Below are positions 13,063-25,068 of a stretch of DNA of 64,000 nucleotides, piece by piece. The translations under genes were made by a program, and so were the position numbers. The notes below the pieces were generated by a model. That model saw only the letters and a program-made list of their open reading frames with translations. It made no database searches and had not been told where the DNA came from. The first letter of the stretch is position 1. Every line of letters starts with the position of its first letter. Source of the stretch: Octopus vulgaris (taxonomy: Eukaryota). The DNA lies in NCBI GenBank assembly GCA_951406725.2, contig OX597820.1, positions 87,854,001 to 87,918,000 of the forward strand, written 5' to 3'.

Positions 13063-14049
13063 AATATATATAGTGAACCCTTTAGCAATGAATCTAATTC
13101 ATTTCAGGACTTCATTTATTACTACAAAATCCATTACCCTATCAAATACAATATTTGTATTTAGGGAAGTTTGTTCTGAACCCTTGATGAATACTGAGGA
13201 TCTACATGCAAGCCTTTCCTCTAAGAATTAATAAATTGGAATCAGTGCCATTTAATAATTATGTGACATTTGAATAATGAGTTAATAAACTGCAAGAATA
13301 ATTATATAGAAAGAAAAAAAAATCAATAAAAAACATCCACAGATTATTTTAAAGATCTCTTTTACAAAGATATAAATACTAATGAATTTCATAATGAACA
13401 TTTATAAAATAAAAGATATTACATGACAAATATCATTTAAAAATATCAGTAAAATTAAAAAATAATAACAAATTAATTAATCATTTAATTAAACTCATGG
13501 TAAGTTACAGTCTGTGGGATACGTGAAAAAGAGAAATAATTTAATAAGACTCATGCATTCAAATAAGTAAATTGAAAATTTAAAAAAAAACCTAATAATT
13601 GAAAAATTTTATAATTTCTTGCTTGCACTTGTTAGGCTGTTTATGTGAAAAAAACCCAAAAAAAGCTGCAGGGTGTTGGGAAAGAAGAAAGGTTATCTAT
13701 CACCTCTTCAAAGTTTTTTTAGAACTACTTTCTTCAGTAAGAGAATCATCCAGATCTCCTCTTACTGAAGCTAGATAAAATAAAATAAATAAAAATAAAA
13801 ATCCGATTCAAAATCCTTTGAGAATGGGTGATATGTTTTCTCAAGGTCTGTGAGCTTATACCAGAGACAAAATACTTTCTTCAGCTTATCTCCTAATAGA
13901 ATTCCTCTTTTTTTTTCCTACTTTGATCCTTTGCCTCCAAGTTTAGTCCTTGTTGTGAAGATTCAGTCTCTTCTTGGTCTTTCAGGTTGTCAATAGGCAA
14001 TTCTCTTCTTTGCTTCTTAACTAAATATGTTTGCTTTATTTACCTTGAG

Positions 14050-14600
14050 GCTTGTGGAGCTGCCCAAATACACAATTTTCTCAACTACAAACTCTGTCTC
14101 AAACATTTCAAAGTCCATTGAAGAGACAATATCAGGCCACAATGCTCTTCACAAAGAGTTCAAGCATTTAGCAGAAAGCTCTCCATATCTTCACTATTAA
14201 ACAAAGAACATTTGCCATGCTGAAGGGATTTCCCCCAAACTATTTTAGTGCCACATCATAGACAAAGTCGCTCCAAAACAGGTTCTGAGTAAACAGGTCC
14301 TGTCTGATTTTTTAAAATATGCGATCACTTGTTGCTCCACAGGCTGTCTTTGGGGAGTAGCATTCAGAGACAAGAAATACACTGTTAAAATTGAACTTCT
14401 GTGGCATTTGGCCCATGAAGTTGAGAGGGTGTGCTGGAACATTATCCATAATAAGAGCCTTCATTGAAAGACCCTTTTCTTTGAGGTTGTTATGTTCAGT
14501 GGTAGTAAACACATCAGTGAACCATGTAGTTAACAGGTTCCTCGTAATCCAAGCCTTTGAATTGGGAACACACTGAACACCAAATTTGTTCTTGAAGTAT
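14050..14600 (-). mobile_element. Tigger/pogo (DDE_1, CENP-B-like) transposase remnant
   Basis: Broken frames give NSKAWITRNLLTTWF, KALIMDNVPAHP and NATPQRQPVEQQVIAYFKK, matching pogo DDD motifs. Confidence 0.8.
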
Positions 14601-14794
14601 ATACAGTATCATCATCATCATCATTATTTAATGTCCTTTTTCCATGCTGGCATGGGCTAGACAGTGTGACTGGAGTTGGTAAGCTGGAGGACTGCACCAG
14701 GCTATCATAAAAATAAGATGATGACATGGAAAAATGAAGTTAACTTATGAATTTTAAAGAAAATCATTTTCTAACAAAAGCAATATTTTTTTTA

Positions 14795-15178
14795 TCGTTT
14801 TACTTGTTTCAGTTTTTTTACTGTGGCCATGCTAGGGCACCACTTTGAAGATTTTTTGTCAGACAAAAAGACCCCATGACTTTTATATTTTTTAAGCCTA
14901 CTACTTATTCTATCAGTCTCTTTAGCCAAATTGTTGAGTTACAGGGACATAAACATACAAACACTGGTTGTCAAGTGGTGGTAGGGGACAAACAGAGCCA
15001 CACACACATATATATATCACAGGCTTCTTTCAGTTTCCCTCTACCAGATTTGCTCACAAGGCTTTGATTGGCCCAAGGCTATAGTAGAAAATACTCGCTC
15101 AAAGTGCCATGCAGTAGAACTGAACCCAGAACCATGTGATTGGAAAGCAAGTGTCTTACCACATAGTCATACTTGCAC
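14795..15178 (-). mobile_element. SINE family A (inverted)
   Basis: Reverse complement of family A. Confidence 0.78.
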
Positions 15179-15272
15179 CACTGATTAATTATTGCTGATA
15201 TTAGAAATTAAAACAGGAAAAAAAAATGAAATGACAATACTATGCCAACAAACAAAGATATAAAAAACTTAC

Positions 15273-15362
15273 TTGTCACGTAGAATTGTCCATAGTTCTC
15301 CCCCCAAACATACTTCAAGTAACATGTATAGATATTTTTGGTCCTTGAATGATCTGTACAAT
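15273..15362 (-). CDS. PRKG1: PKG exon, kinase hinge
   Basis: tttag|A TTG..., [32 protein letters not shown]|gtaag; 90 nt. Confidence 0.96.
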
Positions 15363-15559
15363 CTAAAACAGTAAAAGGGATAAATAGAATAAAACACTAT
15401 TTATAAAACAATATATGTATAAAATAGGATTCACAGAAAATTCTCTTAACTTCATACTGAAATAATTTAGTAACATGTCATCTGTTGTAGTTGTGCTACA
15501 CCATAAAATGAATGTTGAGCTATATTGTCGTTCATGTGCTGAGTATCATGGGCAAAAGA

Positions 15560-15772
15560 ATGGGTAGAAACGTTAGCATGCTGGGCGAAATGCTTAGCAG
15601 TATTTCGTCTGCTGCTACGTTCTGAGTTCAAATTCCGCTGAGGTCGACTTTGCTTTCGTTTAAATAAGTACCAGTTACATACTGGGGTCGATATAATCAA
15701 CTTAATCCGTTTGTCTGTCCTTGTTTGTCCCCTCTGTGTTTAGCCCCTTGTGGGTAGTAAAGAAATAGGTAT
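15560..15772 (+). mobile_element. SINE family B
   Basis: Similar to 11810-12041. Confidence 0.8.
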
Positions 15773-15813
15773 TTAAAACAAAGACTCTACAGTGTTTTAT
15801 GTTCATAGTTATT

Positions 15814-15967
15814 GGGTTGCAGTTAACATTGGATGAGATGAACCTCCGTCATTGGGGTAGAGAAGATCTTACATTTCAAGTCTTAATGCAGAGAACCTTT
15901 AAGATCTGAAATGTAAGATCTCTACCCTGATGACAGAGGCCCGTTTCATCCAATGTTAATTGCATCC
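15814..15967. repeat. long imperfect palindrome / MITE-like hairpin
   Basis: Arms of about 65 bp: tgcagttaacattggatga..agatcttacatttca / tgaaatgtaagatct..tcatccaatgttaattgca. Confidence 0.8.
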
Positions 15968-16444
15968 ATATGGCTGCATATAGCTATTGGGTTGATGTTA
16001 TAACATAATGAAAGATCATTCCACATTGTTCAGAAATGAGAAATTTGGTAAACTGTTGCTCAGATTCAGCAAACCCATTGAAACTTAATTGGTAGTACTT
16101 GTAGTGATGATGGTGATAGTCCAAGAAAGATGGTTCTGTAATTTCTTGCTGAACAAATTGTACAAATTATTTATTTACATTGATCAAATGTATTTAAACT
16201 GAAACCATGGTTTGTAATCATGAGTGCAATACTCTAACGACTAGGCCATGTACCCTTACAACATTTCTAGGACACACACAGCAAATACATAGCACAAACA
16301 TGAACAATGACTCATACTCTGTAAATGCATCATTCAAACATTAACATCCATTAATTAATTAATTAATTAACGAAAGTGCATAACCTAACAATAAAGAGTG
16401 ATCTTGCCTCAGCCATAATTAATTAATTAAGAAAAGTTTATAAC

Positions 16445-16584
16445 CTAACAATAAAGTGCGATCGTGCTTCTGCCATAATTTTCTTCTCGTTAAGAATGTG
16501 TTCCTGTTGACGTGTTTCTACAATATGTTGTTTTCTCATCTGTTTTAGTGCAAACGTTCGTGAGTCATCATCTTTAATTTGGAC
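16445..16584 (-). CDS. PRKG1: PKG exon, kinase subdomains II-III
   Basis: ttcag|[48 protein letters not shown]|gttat; 140 nt. Confidence 0.95.
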
Positions 16585-16894
16585 CTGAAATCAAGAAAAT
16601 AAGGTTACAACTGATGAACAAATTTTTAAGGATGGGCTAATAAGCACTTCTTGTTGTAGTCGTTTGACCTGCTAGAAACAGCAGCCAAATTCTCTCAAAT
16701 CAGTATTTAATTTATTTAAACTGGAAGGACTTAATAGTTTGAGATATACAAAAATATGGGATGGCTGTAGCAGTCTGAATGATCAGAGCATCAACAGTCT
16801 GACAGACCAGAGCTGACCTTGGGTTAAACAACAGCAACGAGAAAATTTATATATTAAATATATGTGTGTGTGTGTGAATTTAGAAGAATATTAT

Positions 16895-17440
16895 CAAAAT
16901 CAAATTCAATGACTGGCATCCGTGCTAACGGGGTGCAAAGAGCACCATACGAGTGTGATCATTGACAGAGCGGCTAACTGGCTTCCGTGCCAGTGGTACA
17001 TAAAAGGCACCATTCTAGTGTGATCGTTATCAGCGTTGCCTTACTGGCACTTGAGCCCTGTGCCAGTAGGGTGCTAAGAGCACCATCTGAGCATGATCGT
17101 TGCCGGAGCAGCTAACTGGTTTCCGTACCGTTGGCATGTGAAAGGCACCATTCGAGCATGATCGTTACCAGCATCGCCTTACTGGCACCTCTGCCGATGG
17201 CATGTGTAAAAGGATTCGAGCGAGGTCATTGTCAGTACTGCCTGACCGGCCCCCATGCCGGTGGCATGTAAAAGCACTCACTACACTCTTGGAGTGGTTG
17301 GCGTTAGGAAGGGCATCCAGCTGTAGAAACTCTGCCAGATCAAGATTGGAGCCTGGTGCAGCCATCTGGTTCGCCAGCCCTCAGTCAAATCATCCAATCC
17401 ATGCTAGAATGGAAAGCGGATGTTAAACGATGATGATGAT
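16895..17440 (+). mobile_element. RTE LINE 3' UTR fragment with internal ~60-bp repeats and (GAT)n tail
   Basis: Homologous to 40650-41135. Confidence 0.82.
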
Positions 17441-17504
17441 TTTGCTTCAAGCTTATGGTATTTAAAGTTTGTTTACATCTTGTATTTTGCTTTATATGAT
17501 GAAC

Positions 17505-17608
17505 TTGTTTACAGTGCTCAGGTGCATTACAACTGCTCAGGTGCATTACAACTGCTCAGGTGTATTACAACTGCTCAGATACTCTACAGCTGCTCAGTTG
17601 CACTACAA
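17505..17608. repeat. 19-bp minisatellite (ctgctcaggtgcattacaa), about 5 units
   Basis: Directly visible tandem units. Confidence 0.85.
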
Positions 17609-17786
17609 TTTGTTTAAAGCTGTTATTTTGATCTGAAGCTGATGTAGATATTTGTACAAGGTACAAGCAGTGGGATCAGACCCAGGACCATGTGGTTGTG
17701 TAGCAAAAGTCTTAACAACACAGCTTGGTTGTACACATAAGCAATTGTTTTAGGAGGAGAGAGAGAGAGAGAAAGAGAGACATTAC

Positions 17787-17874
17787 CAGTTCCACACGAC
17801 CAAAACCTCCAACACCCAGTGTGGTCAAAACTTTGAGATCTGCTAATTCTAGTTTGTTAAACTCAGGATCTAAT
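17787..17874 (-). CDS. PRKG1: PKG exon, kinase Gly-rich loop
   Basis: tgcag|A TTA..., LDPEFNKLELADLKVLTTLGVGGFGRVEL|gtaat; 88 nt. Confidence 0.95.
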
Positions 17875-17928
17875 CTGCAAAAGATTTTCAGAATTACTAC
17901 CATTAGTTTATTTCCTTCTGGATTTTAA

Positions 17929-17960
<32 letters not shown>

Positions 17961-18075
17961 ATAGAATAGTTAAAGTAATGCATTGTGGGATACTACATCA
18001 GACAAAAACATTTTGATGAGGCTGGAACATTGTGAAATGAAATATAAAGTGAAAATACAACAGTTGTAGTTTTAC

Positions 18076-18550
18076 ATTATTTACATTATTTACATTTGAT
18101 GGATATTTGTCCTCATCTTGTTTGTTGTTAATACAATGTTTTGGCTGATATACCCTCCAGCCTTCTTCAGGTGTCTTGGGAAAATTTCGAACCTGGGTTC
18201 TCATTCCTTAGGTATTTTTCAATGTTATTATTATTATTATTATACCCACGGGCATATGCCGTAGTGGTTAAGAGCGCAGACTACTAACCCCAAGATTCCA
18301 AGTTCGATTCCAAGCAGTGACCTGAACAATAATAATAATAATAATAGTAATAATAATAATAATAATAATAATGATAATAACATCAAAAAATACCTTAGGA
18401 ATGAGAACCCAGGTTCGAAATTTCCCCCAAGACACATGAAGAAGGCTGGAGAGTGTATTGGCTGAAACGTTGTGTTAACAACAAACAAGATGAGGATGAA
18501 TATCCATTGAATGTAAATAATGTACATAATTCCTCATCTCTTAAATATAG
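18076..18550 (+). mobile_element. composite tRNA-headed, hammerhead-motif non-autonomous retroelement with inverted partial copy
   Basis: 17-bp TSD aacagttgtagttttac (18059-18075 and 18551-18567); inverted arms at about 18076-18240 and 18370-18525; tRNA-like head at 18250-18325; (AAT)n. Confidence 0.8.
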
Positions 18551-20279
18551 AACAGTTGTAGTTTTACCTTGTATTTTTGATATTTGGGGGATATGGAAAG
18601 CTGGTAGAATTGTTAGCATACTGGGCAAAAATGTTTTGCAACATTTCATCAATCTTTATGTCATGAGTTCAAATTCCACCAATGTCAACTACCTTTCACC
18701 CTTTCGGGGTCGATAAAATAAGTACCAGTTGAACATTGGGATTGATGTAATCGACTTGCCTCATTCTTCAGCTGGCCAAGCAAAATGTTTTGCAGCATTT
18801 TGTCAGTCTTTACATTCCGAGTTCAAATTCTGCTGAGGTTGGCTTTGCTTTTCATCTATTTTGGGTCTTAAATTAAGTACCAGTTGAGTACTGGGGATTG
18901 ATATAAATGACTTAGACCCTCCCCCAAAAGAGCTGGCCTTGTGCCAAAATTTGAAGACCAATATTTTGGAGATATGACCCCTTCATCAGGACATGTGGTG
19001 GTGGTGGGGGGATGAGAGATGGATGCTCTGAGCAATAACCAATTCCATCTGCTATTTCTCAATGTGTCCTGAGGAAAGAGACATAATCTTAAAATATAGA
19101 AAAAAAGTAAAACTTCAACTGCTGTTCTGTTTACACATCAGCAGTTCACTCTGTATTTCATTTCACATTGTTTTAGCCTTATCAAAATGTTTATATTTGA
19201 TACTTACGCATGTGTGTATATATATATATATATATATGTGTGTGGAGAGAGTGTGGGGAGAGGAAGAGATAAAGAAATATAAGTGCAAGTACTGGATACA
19301 ATAATTTTCAGTTATGGCAAGAAGAAAAAGTTATGTTTATGAGAATTCTCTACAAAAGATAAACTGGAGATATATAGACGATATAGAAGAGGGTATAAGT
19401 CTAATGTACAGTAACTAAGGGGAAACTCTAGACATGTTTCAGTATTATTTGACCTCCACAGCAAAACATAGTGAACACAAGTACCATAACATAGAATAGC
19501 TAATAGTGTAATGAGTGTGTAGATTTTGATGTCTTTTATTTATATGTTTCTTCTATATCATGATTATTTTGGGTGTTTATGAAGCTATCTAATTATTCTG
19601 CAGAAAGATATACCAATGCTATCATTTCTAGTACATGATGTAACAACTAAAGAATGATTCTTAAGAAGTATTTTTCATGGTTTTAACCCCTAAATTTGAA
19701 ATTGATTGATTCTAAATGTCTTTGAATATTTTTCACTTAATGTTAATTATTTACTGCAGAATATTAGAATATTATTTAATAACAATTGATTGATTAATAA
19801 ATGCAAAACTGAAACATTTCAACTTGTTATGTCAGCTGGTTGAGTTGATTGAATGCTAAATAGTAAGTTGAAGACTCAATCGCTCATAACTTCTCTTTGG
19901 TACTGTATTGTGTATATCAATGAGGAAGATACTTTCAATAGTAAGTTCATTCATCTAACTGTAAAGATGTCCCGTGTGCTGCATAACACTGCAAGATAGA
20001 TGTGTTTTGTTAATAAAGTTGCTGGGTTCAATTCCTCCTGTCAATGTATTTTGGAAAAGGATGTATGTACTTCTCTTCACTACATAAAGATGAATAAAAT
20101 TTTCAGAAGTGTCTAGTTGAATAAGACCTTTTGAGATGTTAGGATAAAATTTAAGATGGTTTGGGGGATTTACTACCATCCTTATTTATAATTTAAAATA
20201 CATATAGTTTTGTATATTTTTTTAAATGTCTCTTTGTAGAACATTAAGACTATTAACTATATATAAATAAATACAACAT

Positions 20280-20630
20280 GTATAGATTTAAAACAAAACC
20301 TAGGTTTAACAACACAGTGGTTTAAGTCAAAATAGAGATTACAAGACAACATGTATAGACTTAGGACAACAAATAAAGTTATGAAAATAGAGAGGTTTAC
20401 CATTAAAACAATATAGATTTTAGACGAAACTTGATTTGCAACAACATGAAGATTTAAGACAAGATATAGATTTCATATGACTTAAAGATTTCAGACAATA
20501 ATGATATTTAAAACAAGATAGAAATTTAAGACCAAAAATGCTTAAGACAACAGAAAATTAAGACTATATAGATTTAAGACAACATTAAGATTATGATGAA
20601 ATTTATATTTTAGGCAACTTATAGATTTAA
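20280..20630. repeat. degenerate ~20-bp minisatellite (tagatttaagacaa..)
   Basis: Many diverged tandem units. Confidence 0.7.
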
Positions 20631-20659
20631 GCTGATTAAGAAATTTAATGGAAATAGTA

Positions 20660-21008
20660 GTTGTGATACCTGTGCTGGTGGCACATAAAAAGCACCATCC
20701 GAATGTGGCCGACGCCAGCGCCGCCTTGACTGGCTTCCGTGCCGGTGGCACATTAAAAGCACTAACCGATCGTGGCCGCTGCCAGACTCCCCTGGCATGT
20801 AAAAAGCACCCACTACACTCACGGAGTGGTTGGCGTTAGGAAGGGCATCCAGCTGTAGAAACACTGCCAGATCAGACTGGAGCCTGTTGCAGCCCCTGGC
20901 TTCCCAGACCCCGGTTGAACCATCCAGCCTGTGCTAGCATGGAAAACGGACGTTAAACGATGATGATGATGATGATGATGATGATAGTGATGATGATGAT
21001 AGTGATGT
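20660..21008 (+). mobile_element. RTE LINE 3' tail with (GAT)n
   Basis: Homologous to 40900-41135. Confidence 0.82.
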
Positions 21009-21065
21009 AGGAGACATATAAGCTAGTTGATAGTGGAGGAAGATCTATGAATAAGATATACTTAC

Positions 21066-21137
21066 GATAGCTCATCTTCATCATCTTCATACCTCCTTTG
21101 TTCATTATCAAGGTTTCCAATCAACTGAGAATAACAT
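21066..21137 (-). CDS. PRKG1: PKG exon, CNB-B end / switch-helix region
   Basis: tttag|A TGT..., ECYSQLIGNLDNEQRRYEDDEDEL TC|gtaag; 72 nt; phases match both neighbours. Confidence 0.88.
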
Positions 21138-21657
21138 CTAAACGACAAATAAAGAATGTTAGTTGACAATTAACCAATATTTACTAAATAATTTTATGAA
21201 AGTCCCAATATAAATTGAATACATTTGATAAATCTATTTTACAAAACAGAATCTTAGCTTATCCAAACTCTATTCAATTCCAAAGACCATGCAACAACCA
21301 AATTGAAAAATTTGACCTCAAAATAACATCAGTAAAAGATTTAAGTGTTTCTAAATACTCTGTTATTAAACATGTTAAAGACCTTTTCTAAGGAGGTCTT
21401 AAATTATTCCACTTGTTCTGTTTTCTCCATCATCAATCAATTAAGGGTTGATCTCAGAGCCTTTATTTATGATGAAGAATTTCAATTTATCCTCTTCCTG
21501 TGCAAGGGATAAATATTGCCAAGTTTTTTTTAATGATTCCCTGCTTAATTAATTAGAAGTGAAAGATCAACAACATAATGTATAAATTATTTGGAAACGT
21601 AAAAAAATAGAAGAATAAAAAACAGGTAAATTTTACAAAGATATAAAATATTCTTAC

Positions 21658-21729
21658 TCTCGGTCCAGTACAAGACAATCCACTCCACTTGGGTCAGCAG
21701 CTATCATATTCGCTGTTCTTAAGTCATCT
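21658..21729 (-). CDS. PRKG1: PKG exon, CNB-B phosphate-binding cassette
   Basis: tatag|A GAT..., GDDLRTANMIAADPSGVDCLVLDR GA|gtaag; 72 nt. Confidence 0.94.
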
Positions 21730-23879
21730 CTATAAAAATAGAACTACAAAATATATTCAACATCTGTATGAATACGATACAATTTTAAAACAACAACACA
21801 TTTTTTATGAAAACTTATGCACCAATTTGTTTCGTTTTTTCCTCCTTCTCAAGTTTTTGTTTAGATTTAAATAATGGATTATTGGATAAAAAAATTTGAA
21901 GAACTACAATTTTTAAAACTGTAAAAGAAAAGATTCAATTAAAAAAAGGAAAAAAAATTGAAATTTGTAATTTAAGTTTCAAACTATTATTTCTTTATCA
22001 ATTAAAGCAGGGAGCAGGCCGAATTGTTAGCACACCAGACAAAATGCTTAATGGTACTTTGTCTGTCTTTCAAATTTCTCTGAAGTTGACTTTGCCTTTG
22101 ATCATTTAGGGGTCAATCAGTCAAACACTGGGGTCAATGTAATTGACTAACCTCCTTCCCCCAAATTACAGGCTTTCTAACTAAATTTATAAAGGACTGC
22201 TTCTTTATCAATTACCTCTTGATTAAAAATATTAAAACATCAATTTCCAGTGTATGATGTCAATAACAAACGTTGTTTATCTAAGGTACCCTTGGGTATC
22301 TGTCAGGTAACCTATTTTTTCATTGACGTTTTCAACATACTCCAATATTTAAACCTGAAAGCTTGAATCTCTTAACTAATCCTTATATTGTTACATATCA
22401 AAATATTGTTAGTGGGGTATATTTGGTTACATTGGTCCCAGTATATGACTGGTGGTTTCCCGATTGGAAATTAAAAGCAATCACGAAAAGAATTGAACTG
22501 AGATTGTAAAGGGAAGTAACTAAATATTGGTTTCTGACTAGAGCTGAAGATGATACACTTCTTTTTTTATTATGGAAGGATAAATTGATTTCATCACATA
22601 GCAAGGGGTTAAGACAAACTTGGTGGATCGAGGTACCTCTTTTAAAGACGACAGGAACATCTGGTTACTCTATTTACAAGAAATAGCAACCAAAATCTCC
22701 TTCAAGCAACTCTGGTTGTCATTAAAGTAGGTAAACCAGATGTCATCTGCTAGGTCAATGATTCTCAACCAGGGTGCATATGACCCTTTGGAGGGTGGGG
22801 GTCGATGTAAGACTAGGGGTGGGGCATACAAGCAAAATAGTTAACTGGGGTCACCAGACGGTTACACGAGGGTTACATGAAAGTATGGGCACACTAGGCA
22901 GTTACATGAGAGCCTCACAGATTTAGGAACCATCTGTCATCTATGGATTGCTCTTAATAAATACTATAGGACTTGGTGCAGTGATTTTACCCAGGGGTGG
23001 GTGGTTATATTAGTACTAAGATGATCCTGTTTGCATTGTGAGTTCAGATCCTGATGCCACCTACTTAAGTGGTAGACTTAATCCCAGTTTAACACCACCC
23101 CCACCACCTGGCATATTGAATACATTTAGCAGAGTCCACTCTGTTGCAAGAATTCATATAAGGGTCTTGAGCTGAGGATACCTTTTCCCCCTCTCTCCAT
23201 CTGTCCTTGGGTTCTGCTTTTTTTCTTGACTTAAATAAACACTCAAGGATAACGTTGCCTAATTTGTTATTGAAAGACGTTTGGTGAAACTTGAGGGATG
23301 TTTGGCAGATATTTCTAGCAGGTCAAGCTATAAGACTATGTTCTAAAACACTTTCAGTAAGCAAATAGTTTGTATAGACAAATTAACACGTACATAGATA
23401 GCCTCTGGCTGTTCCCTTACCATGTAAATTGCTCCTAGTTTTTTTTAACATTTTCTTCTAATTTTGTAAATTCTCTAATAGAACACTCAGGACATATTTT
23501 CACTACGTATATCTCAGGATATGTTTTTATTGCATTTACATGTGCTCACTTCATTTGCCTGGTGCATTTCAATAGCCTTGTATTCATACTCTTGTGTCTA
23601 ATTGTTACTTATTGTAAAGCTTCACAGGAATCAATCTCATTTTATCATAACTAAACAGGTGAGTAATCACTGAAATATCTAGCTGTCCCGTAAGATTAGG
23701 TAACATTCGAGATAAATTTTTTTCCATTTGTTTATTTCATGTGGACTTTGATTATAGTATCAGTTCCTTATTGTTTAGTTGTAGAGCACTTCCAGCGAAA
23801 AAATGGTTTGATTAGATGAATTAAAATGTAAACTGTGAGGTTAATGCATATCTGATTCTCTCTCTCTCTTTCTCTCAGA

Positions 23880-23943
<64 letters not shown>

Positions 23944-23974
23944 GAAAAGGTGAGAGAAAAGAGACAGAACTCAC

Positions 23975-24069
23975 CCATGTAATGCTTTTTCTCCAAAAAA
24001 GTCACCTTTTTGTAGAACACGAATTAACTGATCTTGTTGGGTACCGCTTACTTTTTTAGTGACTTTCAC
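23975..24069 (-). CDS. PRKG1: PKG exon, CNB-B
   Basis: ttcag|VKVTKKVSGTQQDQLIRVLQKGDFFGEKALH GG|gtgag; 95 nt. Confidence 0.95.
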
Positions 24070-24297
24070 CTGAAAAATAAAATATAATTAAAGAAAGAAA
24101 GGTCAAGGAAGGCAGTGGAAGATTTGAAGTTGGTTGAGAATCAGAAAAGATGGAAAGAAAATGTTGCATTTCAAGAGAATGTTACATCTCTTGCCATGTG
24201 TGGACCTAATAGTGTAAGCCATATTTTAGTCTAGAGTCTGAAACATGGGTTACCCTATCATTTGAAGTACAATACTAGTATTACTCTATTATTAGAA

Positions 24298-24984
24298 GTA
24301 TGCACAAGAGACGACTGCACTGATATGGTCATGTGGTGCGTATGGACGAGGACAGCTGTGTAAAGAAATACCAATCTCTAACTGTGGAGGGAACCCGTGG
24401 TGAAGATAGACCCAGGAAGACATGGGACAAGGTGGGGAAGCATGATCTTCAATCTTTGGACCTCACAGAGGCAATGACTAGTGACTGAGACCTTTGGCGA
24501 TATGCTGTGCTTGAGAAGACATGTAAAACCAAGTGAAATCGTAGTCATGGACAATACTGGTGTCACGTAACTGGTACCCGTACTGGTGGCACGTCAAAAA
24601 TACCTTTCGAGCTTTTGGGCCTCACGAAAGCAAATTGGTCAATTCCGGTGGTACATGAAAAGTACCTTTCGAGTGTTGGGCCCTACAGAGGCAATGACGA
24701 ATGACCGGGACCATTGGCATTATGCCCTGCTTGAGAAGAAGACCCATCAAGCCAAGTAAAATCACAGTCGTGACATAATGGTGTCATGCACATGGCACCC
24801 GTGCTGGTGGAATGTAAAAGCACCCATTACACAACTCTCGGAGTGGTTGGCGTTAGGAAGGGCATCCAGCCGTAGAAACCGTGCCAAATCAGACTGGAGT
24901 CCGGTGCAGCCTTCCAGCTTGCCAGCCCTGGTTAAATTGTCCAACCCACCCAAGCATGGATTACAGATGATAAATGAAGATGAT
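24298..24984 (+). mobile_element. 5'-truncated RTE LINE
   Basis: Degenerate LxWYGHVxRM..GRPRKTW coding remnant plus the same 3' UTR as 40241-41135. Confidence 0.8.
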
Positions 24985-24990
24985 ACTTAC

Positions 24991-25068
24991 CATTCCTTTG
25001 GAGATGATATAAAAGGTATCACCACGAGCTCCTTGACGGATTATATATTCTCCATTTTCATAATGTTC
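24991..25068 (-). CDS. PRKG1: PKG exon, CNB-B
   Basis: tgcag|[26 protein letters not shown]|gtaag; 78 nt. Confidence 0.96.

Noticed and set aside
18955-18992. Minus-strand CTGATGA-agggg..ctcc-AAAA-TA-TT hammerhead-like string
   Set aside because: G12 is missing and stem I does not pair; at best a dead relic, so it is not called.
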